A stretch of DNA of 47,119 nucleotides, from the IMG/VR virus record IMGVR_UViG_3300044267_003966, positions 1-47,119 of that record. The stretch is one strand, 5' to 3'. How positions within the stretch are numbered: the stretch's first letter is position 1; each line of letters opens with the position of its first letter. This document shows, in pieces, positions 46,669 through 47,119 of this stretch. This DNA comes from a virus. Its lineage: Duplodnaviria > Caudoviricetes. The notes beneath the pieces are model-generated. The model worked only from the letters and a program-made list of their open reading frames with translations, was not told where the DNA came from and made no database searches. The translations under genes and the position numbers were made by a program.

Positions 46669-46980
46669 CTATTCAGGATTCTTTTCTATAACACAATCTG
46701 GAAGACTGTCTGTTAGACACCATACACAAATAGATAATTTACCATAACCTGATTCGTAATTTTCCCATTCTAGTGCAAAATCTCTTCCACATCTCTGGCA
46801 GTGAGGGTCAGCAGCTCCAATAGTTGTTGTAGTCCCACTACCTCCTTTTCCCTTTAAAGCTCCAAGCTCTGTATATAAAGCATAAGCATTAGAAGGGGTT
46901 CCTGATGGGGCAGTGCCATTACCAATATAAAGATTTTCAACAGAAGATGAATCAAATGTGCTTGTCCCTATTCCTACTGA
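46669..46980 (-). CDS. 3' part of the origin-spanning tail-associated protein
   Basis: VGIGTST fibre-type motif and C-terminal HCxxC...CxxC; same frame as 1..633 after circularisation. Confidence 0.85.
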   Translation of the reverse strand, partial: SVGIGTSTFDSSSVENLYIGNGTAPSGTPSNAYALYTELGALKGKGGSGTTTTIGAADPHCQRCGRDFALEWENYESGYGKLSICVWCLTDSLPDCVIEKNPE

Positions 46981-47119
46981 TTTAGTAGCTGAATCAAAAG
47001 TAGTAAAAGTAGAAGGGCCTCCAACTTGCATTTTACCAGTATCATCTAACACTATATATAAAACAGCATCATTATTAGTGCAGGCTATTTGAGCATCATT
47101 ACTTGAAGATGCAAGGGTT
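46981..47119. repeat. Terminal direct repeat (circular assembly overlap), right copy
   Basis: Identical to 1-139. Confidence 0.97.

Overview
The window is a complete, circularly assembled genome of a tailed dsDNA phage. Bases 1-139 equal bases 46981-47119, giving a unit length of 46,980 bp. It is AT-rich, podovirus-like and apparently lytic: no integrase, tRNA, CRISPR array or reverse transcriptase is seen. The minus strand (36581 through the origin to 20302) carries the virion and packaging block: TerS, M15 endolysin, TerL, portal, scaffold, major capsid, adaptors, tail fibre, a GAMT/Rmt2-like methyltransferase, a metallophosphoesterase, holin-like genes, a nozzle and four putative ejection proteins. 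An AT-rich early region (20670-29160) of many tiny genes is transcribed from back-to-back sigma70 promoters. A plus-strand replication/recombination block (29250-36591) encodes an RHH regulator, a Cas4-like exonuclease, a sigma-region-4-only protein, SSAP/SSB, DnaB and RuvC, with no recognisable polymerase, primase or initiator. The main oddities are: (1) two related 15-bp-periodic TATAGC arrays with an A-tract tail, one intergenic beside terS and one in frame inside the exonuclease; (2) three highly base-paired intergenic elements (candidate ncRNAs); (3) an HTH-sigma4 fusion lacking region 2; (4) early genes bounded by exact junction repeats; (5) probable leaderless terS and portal mRNAs; (6) a circularly permuted muramidase-like domain; (7) a split adaptor gene. 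All product calls come from motif recognition and synteny, not from database searches.
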